Of a DNA stretch of 64,000 nt, positions 1 to 10,590 are shown in pieces. The position numbers and the translations under genes are program-made. The notes beneath the pieces are model-generated. The model was not told the DNA's origin. It made no database searches and saw only the letters and a list, made by a program, of their open reading frames with translations. Origin of the DNA: Lama glama (taxonomy: Eukaryota); assembly GCA_028534125.1 (NCBI GenBank), contig CM052817.1, positions 5,644,001 to 5,708,000 of the forward strand. The letters run 5' to 3'. Position 1 is the stretch's first letter. Each line of letters opens with the position of its first letter.

Positions 1-118
1 GATTTATATGTTTTCTAGGTAAAATATATCATAATCAATGATCCAGCTAGATTACCTGATATATTTTATATACCTTCCAGTTCTAATGCTCCAAAATTTA
101 TTCAACAATTTCAAATAC

Positions 119-746
119 TTTTTAAAAATTGAAGTATAGTTAATTCACAATGTTGTGTTAGTTTCAGGTGTACAACAAAGTGATATATATATATATATAT
201 ATATATAATTTTTTTTCAGATTCTTTTCCATTATAGGTTATTACAAGAAGTTGAACATAGTTCCCTGTGCTATACAGTAGGACCTTGTTGTTTTAATCTA
301 TTTTAGGTATAGTATTGTGTATATGTTAATCCCAAACTCCTGATTTATCCCCTCCCCCCAGCTTTCCCCTTTGGTAACCAAAAATTTGTTTTCTATGTCT
401 GTGATTACATTTCTCTTTTGTAAATAAGTTCATTTGTGTAATTTTTTAAGATTCTGGATATAAGTGATATCACACGCTATTTGTCTTTCTCTGACTTACT
501 TCACTTAGTATGATAATCTCTAGGTCCATTCATGTTTCTGTAAATGGCATTATTTTATTCTTTTCTTTCTTTCTTTCTTTCTTTTTTATCATTGAGCAAT
601 ATTCCATTGTATAAATATACCACAACTTCTGTATCCAGTCATCTGTCAGTGGACATTTAGGTTGCTTCCTTGTCTTGGCTGTTGTAAATAGTGCTGCTGT
701 GAACACTGGGGTGCATGTATCTTTCTGAATTAGAGTTTTCTCCAGT
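119..746 (-). mobile_element. 5'-truncated LINE-1 (end of ORF2 plus 3' UTR), cetartiodactyl type
   Basis: ORF 530-751(-) reads LEKTLIQKDTCTPVFTAALFTTAKTRKQPKCPLTDDWIQKLWYIYTMEY, the L1 ORF2p C-terminus. It is followed by the typical 3' UTR (gttccctgtgctatacagtagg...) and a T-rich tail at ~119-130. Contains (TA)n at 184-207. Confidence 0.93.
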
Positions 747-1388
747 ACCATGGGCTCTTGGTGAGGCCGAGTGGAGGGGCGAGAACTTTGGAGTTGACAC
801 GCAGGGTCACAACCAGCCCCACGGCGTCTGAGTGTGCATTAGAAAAGACGTCCCTTCCACAAGCCCTTTTATGACCCCCTGTACCAAACCCCACCAGCAT
901 CTGCCTAGTCCTCCGTGACTAAATGTCAGATTAGATTCCTTTGTCTCCCCGCGCCAACATCAGTGATGAAGTCCCGTTGGAGTAATTACTACTCCTGCCT
1001 GCCTGTAACTTCCAGGTAACCAAGCACCTGCAGTGTCTGTCTGCCTGTGAAGTCTCAGCTCCGCGCTGACCTCATTAGATGAGCATCACTACTCTAACAG
1101 AGGGAAAGGAACTTTGACCATGGCCGCATCCCGAGGAAGTTGTAGCATTTGAATTATGCCTTTGAAAAGCTCATTGCCTTTCTTATTAGACATGTCATCT
1201 TAAAAAGAAAGTCAATTCAGTAAAAATATCTGTCAAAAAATTGCTTGAGGATGTGTGTACAGAAAAATCCATCAACTGACATAATGTTTCCCTTTTGGCT
1301 CGGTTATAAATTGCTACACTTGGTCTCCAATTGTGAAGTGCGGAAACCGCTGGAAACAGGTTCTTGGGCGGGACTGTGATTGCGAGCC

Positions 1389-1424
1389 TTGCAGTGAAAG
1401 AGCACTAACAGCAGGGGGCGCTGG
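1389..1424 (+). promoter_or_regulatory. Candidate CTCF site with upstream module
   Basis: ACAGCAGGGGGCGC (1408-1421) matches the core CCASYAGRKGGCRS except at position 1. TGCAGT at 1390 sits at about the spacing of the CTCF upstream (ZF9-11) motif. Confidence 0.55.
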
Positions 1425-2385
1425 TGCCTTTCCGTCTGAGTCCTCGCCTGCCCTTGCAGTTCAAAGAGGGGCGATGCGGTGGGTCGGCAGCGGCCTCCAT
1501 TTTAGTCTCTCCACAGCTTTTTGGGTCCCCGCGATGTGTCAGAGATGGCTGTCCCCTCTCCCAGGGGAGGGCGGGGAAGATTCTGAGTTCTTACAGGGAA
1601 GCTGAGAACTAGGTACGGTTTCAACAAAGACGTTGCCTCCACCTGCCGTCACCACCTCCCATTCCCCGGGGGTCGGGAGGCGGGCGATCCTTGTCTATCA
1701 AGAGGTTTGGGGGGAAATGGTGTTTGCAGGGTGCTCTCTGAGAGGAGGGCATCAGGCTGGGGCGGAACTTGGTCAGGGCAGCTGGCGGGGAGGGCGCTCC
1801 GTGGGGTCTGATGGGGAATGACATTAGCTAGTCCTCAGAGCAGACCCCAGGGGAGCATGGGGAGGGGACAGCGGGATGAGTGCAATGTTCAATGCCCAAA
1901 AGTGAGGGTGATTCTGGTGTGATGTTTCAGCCACATCAATAACACATGAAACGTCACAGTGATGACGGTATGTTAATCGTCTGAAACACTTAAACCAAGT
2001 CACCTGCTAAAAGCCCTTCAGTGGTTTCCCGTTGCTTTTAGAAGGAGGTACAAACTCCTAACCGTTCTCGATGGGGATCTTCGGCTTCACCTTCTCATGC
2101 CAGTCCCTTCCTCGGCCCCCGCTCCCTCTCTGCCACCCCCGCAGGCATGCCCAGCTGCCCGGCTGCAGCCACGTGCGTCTCCACACACATCCCCCCATCC
2201 TTGGAGACTCCAAACTCTCCTGCTGCCCAGGATCTTTGCAGTGGTCCCCGCCCCCCCGCCCTGTTCCGTGGGAAGGATCAGTCTCTTGCTTGCGCTCGGG
2301 TCCTCCGTCTGAACAGACCCCTATTGTGCTTCACCTTGGCCCCTTTGCCACTACTTGCGTAGTTGTTTGCTTAGTTGTTGGCTTT

Positions 2386-2426
2386 TTCTTTTTTCTTTCT
2401 TTCTTTCTTTCTTTCTTTTTTTTTTT
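2386..2426. repeat. (TTTC)n/poly-T simple repeat
   Basis: Direct reading of the sequence. Confidence 0.85.
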
Positions 2427-2479
2427 AATCTTTTGTCCTTGTCTCTCCCTGACCCCTCTGTTGGCCTTGGGAGGGCCGG

Positions 2480-3030
2480 GCTTTGCCTCTCTCTCCCCCC
2501 ACCCCGGGCCTCACCACGTGGGCTGCGTGACCACGTGTGCTGCCCCCGCGATCCCCGACCATTGCAGGGCCTGGGGAGGCGCCGGGAACGCGGCGGGAGC
2601 TCATGTCTGACATGTTTCCTAGAACAGCTTTTCAGATCTTGGGAGAGTCCGCCGGCGTCTAGCCCGCTTTTAGTTTCTCGTCCGCCTTTAAGGCACAAGA
2701 GGGCGCTTTAAGCCTGGCTGTTGATAACGAGTCCAGAAGACCGCGTATCAGGACGTCCTCCTCCCCGCCGGCGCTCGGCCAGGCGGGCAGCAGGGGACCC
2801 CGCTCTACGGAGGATGCAGCTGCGGTCCGCTCTCCTCTCGGTAGGGAAGAACCAGCAGCCAGTCCTTCCCGCTGGGGCAGGAAGCGATTGAACTGTCTCC
2901 CTGACAGCCTCAGGGCCGCCTACGTGTCTGGGCAGGCGCTTCTGGAACCTCCGTCTTGGGTGATCTGGTCTAAGCCAAGCGTGGCGGATGCCCCCACCTT
3001 CGCGGGGCAGCGGTGTGGAGGTGGGCGTGT
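2480..3030. promoter_or_regulatory. Small CpG-rich region (possible orphan CpG island/enhancer)
   Basis: Locally dense CpG (ccgggaacgcggcggg, ccgccggcgtc, ccccgccggcgctcgg), CACGTG E-boxes at 2515 and 2532, and a CTCF-like GCACAAGAGGGCGC at 2693-2706. Confidence 0.45.
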
Positions 3031-3045
3031 GAACAGCTCTAGATC

Positions 3046-3199
3046 AGGTGTGGGCAAACTACGTCCATGAGTTAAGAGTGGTTTTTACATTTTTGAGAAG
3101 TTGTTAAAAAAAAACATACTCAAAAAGAATATACTGCAGAGACCATAGATGGCCATATTGACTATCTGGCCCTTTACAGAAAACGTTTGCTGACCCCTG
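3046..3199. mobile_element. MER58-like hAT-Charlie DNA transposon fossil
   Basis: Termini caggtgtgggcaaact ... gtttgctgacccctg (degenerate TIRs) and internal tatctggccctttacagaaaa. Confidence 0.75.
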
Positions 3200-3504
3200 G
3201 TCCTCACAATGAGAGGTAGAGTCCGCTGCCTGATAGCCCTGGCAGGATTCTCATCCCTTATGAGATGAGGAGGAGGTCTGCCTTTCTTCTTGCCTAGATA
3301 TGGTTGTGGGAGAAAGTCAAGCTTGGAGCTGTGGTAGCCAGTTTGTGACCATGAAGCAAGCAGCCCAAGAATGAGAGACCTGTGTGCCAAGGAAGGAGAC
3401 AGAAGGAGGCTGGGTCTTCAGATACACTGCTGAGCTGCTGTCTGATCCTGAGCTGTCTTCTCTGGACTCCTTGTTATGGGAGATAATCGTTATTGTTCTT
3501 TAAG

Positions 3505-3731
3505 CAAAGGGTGGGCAAACAGTTTCTGTAGAGGGCCAGGTAGAAAACATTTTATGTTTTGTGGACCATAAGTTCTCTTTTGCAACCACTCAACACTGCC
3601 ACTGGAGCATGAAAGCAGACATAAGTGCTATATAAAGGAGTGGGCATGGCTGTGCCAATAAAACTTCCTTTACCCAAACAGTCAGTGGGTGGGATGTGGC
3701 CCTGGAGCTGGAGTTTGCTGACAGACCCCTG
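3505..3731. mobile_element. MER58A-like hAT-Charlie DNA transposon fossil
   Basis: gggtgggcaaacagtttctgtagagggccagg...caaccactcaacactgcc...gggcatggctgtgccaataaaact...gtttgctga..cccctg. Confidence 0.8.
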
Positions 3732-4867
3732 CTGTCTGTCGGGTGTTTTGTTACTTGTTACTCCCTAAAGTTGGCCTCAGCTCAGAAGCCCTGCGTTCTC
3801 TCAGGGAGGGGTAAGCCTGAGAGTGGGTGGGGCCTGCAGCCCTGGCTGATGGAGGATTAACACGAAGTCCACCCGCTGGTACATCCTTTTCTATGTGTGG
3901 GCATCCTGCCATCCTAGTGCTTCCTCCAGTATCTTTCCATAGTCCTAACGATTGCCGTGTGAGCACACGACTTTGACAAAAATGCTCTCACCTTTTCCGG
4001 GAATGTGATCTAGGGAATGACTGGTGTCCCTGGATACTCCGCTCCGGCCGCAGTCAGCCCTTCACCCACCCCATCTGGCAGGGGATGGTGTGGCCCGTTC
4101 ACTGGGCAGGACTGAGCCCCATAGAGCAACAGGGTGGTGGCAGCTGTGCCCACTGAGTCACAGAGCCAGAGAGTGGTTGGAGGAGGAGTAGGGGAGTTTA
4201 CCTTCCCTGACTGAGCACAGTCCCCAGAAGTACAATTTCTCCAACAATTCGAAGGTGATGTGATGACACAATGATGATTAAGACCATGGCCATCACCAGA
4301 GCCACTGATGCACTGCAGAGACAGGTGGACTCTGTCCTTGGTGTTAACATCCAGGCGTTCCTAGGGTGCTATGCTGGACCCTGAAAAAAGACCATTTCAG
4401 CAAGAGTGAGAGGTGAGACTTCTGCAAAAGGGCCCTGATTCTGTCGTCCCCCATGCACACTCAGCTGGGGCTGCCAGCTAACAGGTCCCTGATGAATGGT
4501 GCTTCCCTGGCAGAAGTGTGGCTCAGGAGAGGGATAAGGATTTGGGTGTAGGTTCAGGTCTCCGCTGCAAGTTACCTTGCCCTCCCTGCACCTTGATCTC
4601 CTCCTCTGTAAGACAGTGGGAATAGAATGACACACTTTAGTCATTGAAAGAATAAACTGAAATGATGCACATAAAGCTGGAGCCAAAGAGTCTGGCAGGC
4701 AGCAAGCTCTTATTATGGTCACATGGACAGTTTCAGGTCTCTGCCTCCAGGGACTGCTGCTGAGTGTGGGCTGGCTGTTGCTCTTTGCACAGACGTGCAA
4801 AGAATTTCCTGTGCTCCAAGAAATTCTCAGATTGCTGGTCCTCTGTGTGACTCAGAGAGCCCAGGAG

Positions 4868-5312
4868 GGCAGACAATGCCCCCAAAGCTGTTCACATCCT
4901 AATCCCTGGAGCCTGTGAATAGGTCACCTTAGAAGAAAAAAGAGACTTTGCAGATGTGATTAAGCCGAGGATCTCAAGGTGGGAGATTCTCCTGGAATAT
5001 CTGGACTAGCCTGGAGGTAGTCACAAGTGTTCTTATGAAAGGAAGTTTTAACTACAGAAGAGGAGGAGGCAGTGTGATCACAGAGGGAGAGATTCAAGTG
5101 ATGTGGCCACAAGCCAAGCAGTGCCGGCAGCAGCTAGAAGCTGGAAGAGGCAGGGATGGAATTCTCTAAGGCTTCTGCCCATGGCTCTGCCAACACCTTG
5201 GTTTCAGTCCAGTAAGACTCAGCTGGGACTTCTGAGGTCCAGAAGAGTGATAATAAATTTGTTTTAAGCCACTAAATTTGCAGTGGTTTGTTATAGCAAC
5301 ACAGAAAATGCA
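4868..5312 (+). mobile_element. MLT1 (MaLR) solo LTR
   Basis: gcccccaaag..cacatcctaatccctgga...gactttgcagatgtgattaag...ttgttttaagccactaaatttg..gtttgttatagcaac are hallmark MLT1B-D motifs. Confidence 0.85.
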
Positions 5313-5519
5313 GTCTTTTACCCAGGAAAGGGCTGGGTGGTCTGGGGTACTACCAAACCCTCCGAGTCTCGGCTTCCCCGTCTGCAGACGGAGGGGCGAG
5401 CAGCACAAACAGGGTCTTGGCTTTGGTGCCACACTCCCTCCAGTTCAGTGTCTCTGGCCTCCCTTCTCAGAGCTGTTTGCAGACTCATTACCCTCCTCTT
5501 GGCCATTTGGTGCTGGCAT

Positions 5520-6630
5520 TCCTAGGAGGGCTGTTCTGGGTCCTCTTGGCTTCTCACTGCTCTCCTCGGTGGTCTAGCTCCTTGCCAAGGGCTTGCTTAC
5601 CGTGCAGATACCGTTGACTCAGAAATTTGCATTTTCAGCCTGACATCTCAGCTGCAGGCTGGCTATTTCCAGCACCCTGCTTAGATGTCACAAAGGCACT
5701 TTATACTGAATGTGTCCAGCACCAAAGTCAAGATTTCCCACTCCTCTGGCCAGTTCCCCCTCCCCCTATATTTTCCATCCCAATGGATTGTACCAGCCTC
5801 TGTCTATTATTCAAGCCAGGCATTCAAAGGCTGTCTTTACACTGCCTTTAGCCACACTTGTCACTTCTAGCCCCAGACACCTTGGTTCCATCCACTCCCC
5901 CCTACTTCCAATACCACCACCTACTCCAAGTCACAGTCGTCTCCATCTGGGTCTTCTGAAGTAGCTTCCTTACCCATTTCTCCAATTCACCCCTTGCCTC
6001 TACCAGTTTGTCATCTGCACTGTAGCTGGAGTGGTGTTTGAGAAAGGATAGAAGCTCCTGTCCCTCCCCTGCCCAACATCTTCCAGTAGCTTCTCCTTGC
6101 TGTTGAGACAGAGAAACTCACCTTGGCCCTGGGTCCTGTGTGGTCTCTCTTGCCCACCTCTCAACCTGATCTCATATCCACTTTTCTTGTGCTTCACTTT
6201 TCCTCTGTGCTCCATCACACTGAGCAGCCTCTTTAGTTTTTTGAATGTGTTATGGTCCCTCCTGCCCCAGGACCTTTGCACCTGCCGCTTCCTCTTCCTT
6301 TCAGTCAGTTAATTGCCACTCATCTTTCAGATCTCCATCCAAACAATGGCTTCTCAAGGAAGTCTTCACATACCTCTTGACCAAGTCTGGTGTCCCTATT
6401 ATGAACTCTTGCAAAACCATCTAGCTTTCCTTCATTTTGTCTCTTGTAACTTTTAATCATAGAATTATGTGTTGGATTGTTTGAATAGTGGTACTTTTTT
6501 TTTTAAATCACTTAACTATAAACCTCAAGAGGGAAACAGAGTGTCTGTCCCACCCCCCAAGTGTGTCCCCAGTGGCAGGAGAGGAGGAACTCCGTAATCA
6601 TTGTCAAATGAGCAAATCAGTGAATGGATG
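5520..6630 (+). mobile_element. Ancient LINE-2 fragment(s)
   Basis: Degenerate L2 motifs (gatgtcacaaaggcac, ctgccccaggacctttgcacctgc, ttgtcaaatgagcaaatcagtgaatg). Confidence 0.7.
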
Positions 6631-7519
6631 CTTAAAGATCTTTTGAGGCAAAACCAGGGAGCTGGGAGATAATGTCAATACTATAGAAATCTCAGTAAGA
6701 AAACATGTATTTATTTGATATTTGGCTATGAAGGTTAAGAAGTTATTTATTTGTTTGCCATTGGAAAACCTCAGATAAACTTGACGAGGTCACCTTTTCC
6801 TGGCACCACTTCCTAAGTGAGTTGTGAAGGGGCTTCCGTGCTCCAGATGGAGAGCTGTGACGGGGGAGTTACAGACTGTGAGCCCCCAGGGCTGGGACTG
6901 GGTCTTCCTCTCTTTAATTCCGACGTTCAGCACCCGGTCGGCCGAGCAGGTACTTAGCAGCGACGAATGACGCGCACACTGGAAACTGCCTTCCCAGAAG
7001 CGATTTCTTCGCTTGCTAAGAAAGCCCTAACTTTGGTTGGGGATGCAAAGTGCCCAGTCTCAGGTGATGGACCGTGGTTTATGCAAGTCAAGCACAGGCA
7101 CTTTGTTCCCTTGAAACAGTTTGTGGTCTGCCTTGTAACTAGGGGTGGCCAAGTGGTTCACTTCTGGCTAAGAAGACATAAGGTCCTTCTAAGAAGATTT
7201 TCTCCACTGGTGGCAAGTTACAGATACATAAAGAAAAGTCCCCCTGAGATAGTTTCCCCCTGATTTGCTCCCGGAGATTGAACTTGATCGTGTTGCCTGC
7301 AGCTGTAGCATCCTGTGACCACGAGGCTCCAAGGACACAAAGGTGGAGCATTTGGATGAAAAGATGAAAAGACTCTGGGTCTTCAGTTGTATCACAGAGC
7401 TTCTGCACCAGCCCTGGTCGGCTCCCTCTGAATTTCCTGTTACATACGTCTCTGTTGCATAAGCCGAGAATAGTCAGGCTTTCTGTTACGCACAGCTGAA
7501 AGCACTCTTAATCAGTGTG

Positions 7520-8790
7520 TTTCTTTAAAATTTCTTGGATTTCGAAATAATTTCCAGCTTACAGAAGAGTTGCAAGACGAAACATGTTCAAATACCCTTC
7601 ACCCAGATTCACCAACTGTTCTTACTGCCGTTTGCTTTCTCTCTTTACTCCGTATCTGATCTGATCTGACCTGGGTCTTCTCCTGAAGCACGCGAAGCTT
7701 AGGTTAGACATCTGGCTCCTTTTCCCTTACACTTTCCAGCGAGTGTTCTCTAAGAAGAAGGGGGGTCCAGTGATCAAATTCAGGACATTTAAGGTTAGGT
7801 CGCTGCCATGCCACTGCCCAGTTGTCAATAACTGTCACTTGTCAATGGTCTAACTGTCAGTAATTGTCTAACGTACAGCCCACACGAACATGTTGTCAAT
7901 TGTCACAGTAACACGCTTTGTTAGGACGTTATCGGGTCTTGCCTCCGCAGGCTCCTTTAGTCTGGAACGGTCCCTTGGCCCTCCTTTGCCTGTGTGACGT
8001 TGACCCTTCAGGAGAGTTCAGGCCAGCTGTTCCATCTGGATTTGTCTGATGTTTCCTCGGGGAGCAGGGACACCGCATGAGGATGCCACGTCCTCGGGGC
8101 ATCACGTGGAGAGCCACTCGACGTCTGTTTGCCCCACTCCTAGGGGTGTTAACTCTGTTCGCCTTGTTCAGTTTTCTCAGCTGTGAAGTTACCACTTTTC
8201 TCTCTGTAATGAACAAATAATATGAATGGAGCTTTGAGACTGTGCAGATATCCTGGTCCTCTCCAAACTTTTACTTAGTCATGATTCTTGTCTAAATCAA
8301 TTATTACTAGTATGGCTACAAGATGTGATTTTCTCGTTCTCTTGTTCCTTTGATGTTTATTAATTGGCATTCTTCTGCAGGGAAGTCTCCCTCCCTCCAT
8401 CCATCCCCGCTGCCTTCCTCCCTTCCTCCCTCTCTCCTTTCCTTCCTTCCTTCCTTGTTTCCTCCTTCCCTCCCTCTTTTCCTCCTTCCTTCTTCTTTTT
8501 ATCCTTATGGATTCATGAATTTTCATTTTATTTAATAGATTATTCTCCATTATTATTAATTCTGATGCTCACATTGTCCCAGATTTGGCAGGTGGGAGCC
8601 CCTTCACGTTGGTTGCTGTGTCCCTTTGATGCATCTCCATCATTCATGGAACACTTTCTTGCTTTCTGGCACCACAAGATGTTTCAGGCTTGTGTTTACC
8701 TTCCCTGCCTGGCCCTGAAATCAGCCATTTCTCCCAGACCCTCTGTGTCCTTTCGGTGAAAGTTGGTATTTATAAACCGAGATCTGGGTG
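7520..8790 (-). mobile_element. Old L1MC-type 3' region, containing a (CCTT/CCCT)n tract at ~8390-8500
   Basis: aataatttccagcttacagaagagttgcaag...cccttcacccagattcacc...tgtcccagatttggcaggtgggagcccc...atcagccatttctcc. Confidence 0.8.
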
Positions 8791-10009
8791 CCCTGTGGAT
8801 TCAGTTAGAAGCCACGAGCAACAGAGCAACATTTACTCATCTGTGTATTAGTCATGCTAACAAATGTTAGGCTAGGCTGCTGAGAGAAACATCCCCACGT
8901 CTCCGTGACCCAGAGAAAGAGACACACATCTTGCTCGTGGATACCCTGATGCAGGGCCATGGATCCAGGCAGATGCCATCTTTGCAGCCCTGCCATTTGT
9001 GTAGGAGGTCATCGCTGAAGAGATGAGAGGGCCAGGGACTCATACCACTGACTAAGGTGCTTCTGACAAGGAAATCTGCATCAGTTCTGCTTGAATTTCC
9101 ACTTGCCAGGAGCGCAGGGCAGTCTGGGCAGCCCCGGAACACAGAGATAGTCTGTGTGCCCTCATCCCTCTGCTGCTGCACGTTCCTTCATGCACCGAAT
9201 AGCAGCTCGGTTCCTGGCGGCCAGGCTACCCCGAGGGTGAGCTGCCCTCCCTGCGGGTGTTCTACAGCAGGGGGAGAAAGGCAAGGAAACAGTAAGCGAA
9301 CAGTCAAGTTCACAGTAAGTCCATGTGATGGTGGACTGTGAGCTGTAACGGGGGAGGTGCCGGGCCTGCACGAGCCTGGACACTGAGCGGTTACCGCCCT
9401 GAGTCCTGAGGAAGACCCACCGAGGCCATTCTTGGGTGCTGGGTTAGAAAGGCGAACAGGCTTTGCCTCCACCCAGAAAAGAGTGGGAAGAACATCTCAG
9501 GCAGAGGGAGGGCAAGGTCAAGGCCAGAAGGCCCGAAAGCACGAGGCATGCTGCGAGAAGAGGGACCTGCTTGGGGAGGGTCGAAGGTGGGGTCTGCTGG
9601 GGAAGGCTTGGGAGGCAAGAGACGAGGCTGGTAACCAGGTGCGTAAACACGTTCATGAGTGGTGACCAGATTGTGAAGGGCCGTGCTAAGAAGTTTGGAA
9701 TGAACAGATTAATTTTCATTAGTTGGGTTAATACTTAATAATGTGGGTCTTGAGGAATCGTGGGATGTGTTCAAGCTGATGAAAGGCATTCGCATCCATG
9801 CTTTAGGAGAACCATCTTGGTGGTAGCACATCGGGTGGATGGGAGAGAAGACACCAAGATGCAGGGACCTGTTGGGAGGCTCTGGCGATTATGGAGGCAC
9901 AAAGCGCTGAGGATCTGAGTTGGGGGAGGCAGAGGGGATGGACAGAAGGGGTTGGCTCTTAGAGCTATTCTGGAACAATGCAACATAATGGCTTCCATTT
10001 ATTGTAGGT

Positions 10010-10395
10010 TGTGAGGATGATACTATTTGCTCACAAATTTTCCTGGCTTCCCCCTCTTGCAGTGGCTTCCTTGTGGACAGGGCATAATTCTTGCTTACCC
10101 ACAAGACCTGCTTTGGTGATGAGTGTGTGAACTGAGTTACCACATGCTCCATTCAACAAGAGGCTCCAAGTTTGTGCATGGTTGGGGCAGCCTCATTGGC
10201 TCCCACCCTGCATCCCTAGGAGAGCAAGCCTGGGAATGAGAGACTGGAGGAGCAAACTGAACTTGACCCACAGTGTGGGGCCAAGCTTCCCCAGCTTGAT
10301 GACAGACCATTAGCAAGAAACAAATGCTTATTGTTTCAAGAGCTCCTGGGGCTGTTTGTTACACAGCATTATGGTAACAAAACCTGACTAATATA
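10010..10395 (+). mobile_element. Old MLT1 (H/I/J-like) LTR
   Basis: 3' end gagaaacaaatgcttattgtttcaag..gtttgttacacagcatta..aacctgactaatata. Confidence 0.6.
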
Positions 10396-10399
10396 GAGA

Positions 10400-10590
10400 C
10401 TTACCATGTCCCAAGTATGACATGTCATTTATTCATAATATCTCTGCATAGTAAGTATTATTATTACCATTTTAAAAATGAGGAAATTGAGGCTTAGAGA
10501 GGTTGAGTAAATTGCTCAAGGTTCCAGAGCTAGTAAGCCAGAGAAGAGGGATTTGAACACAGGACTGTTTGACTTGCAAGCCCATTCTCC
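10400..10590. mobile_element. MIR SINE
   Basis: MIR core attttaaaaatgaggaaattgaggcttagagaggttgagtaaattgctcaagg. Many other MIRs occur, e.g. near 13170, 14880, 20290, 24330, 26650, 27800, 35700, 36530, 39510 and 61870. Confidence 0.8.

Noticed and set aside
1..1330. Possible OTOP1 terminal exon expected from synteny
   Set aside because: No OTOP1-like coding sequence is visible in any frame, so it cannot be supported.
6926..6945. RE1-like TTCAGCACCCGGTCGGCC
   Set aside because: Wrong spacer, poor right half-site, and located in an L2 3' end.
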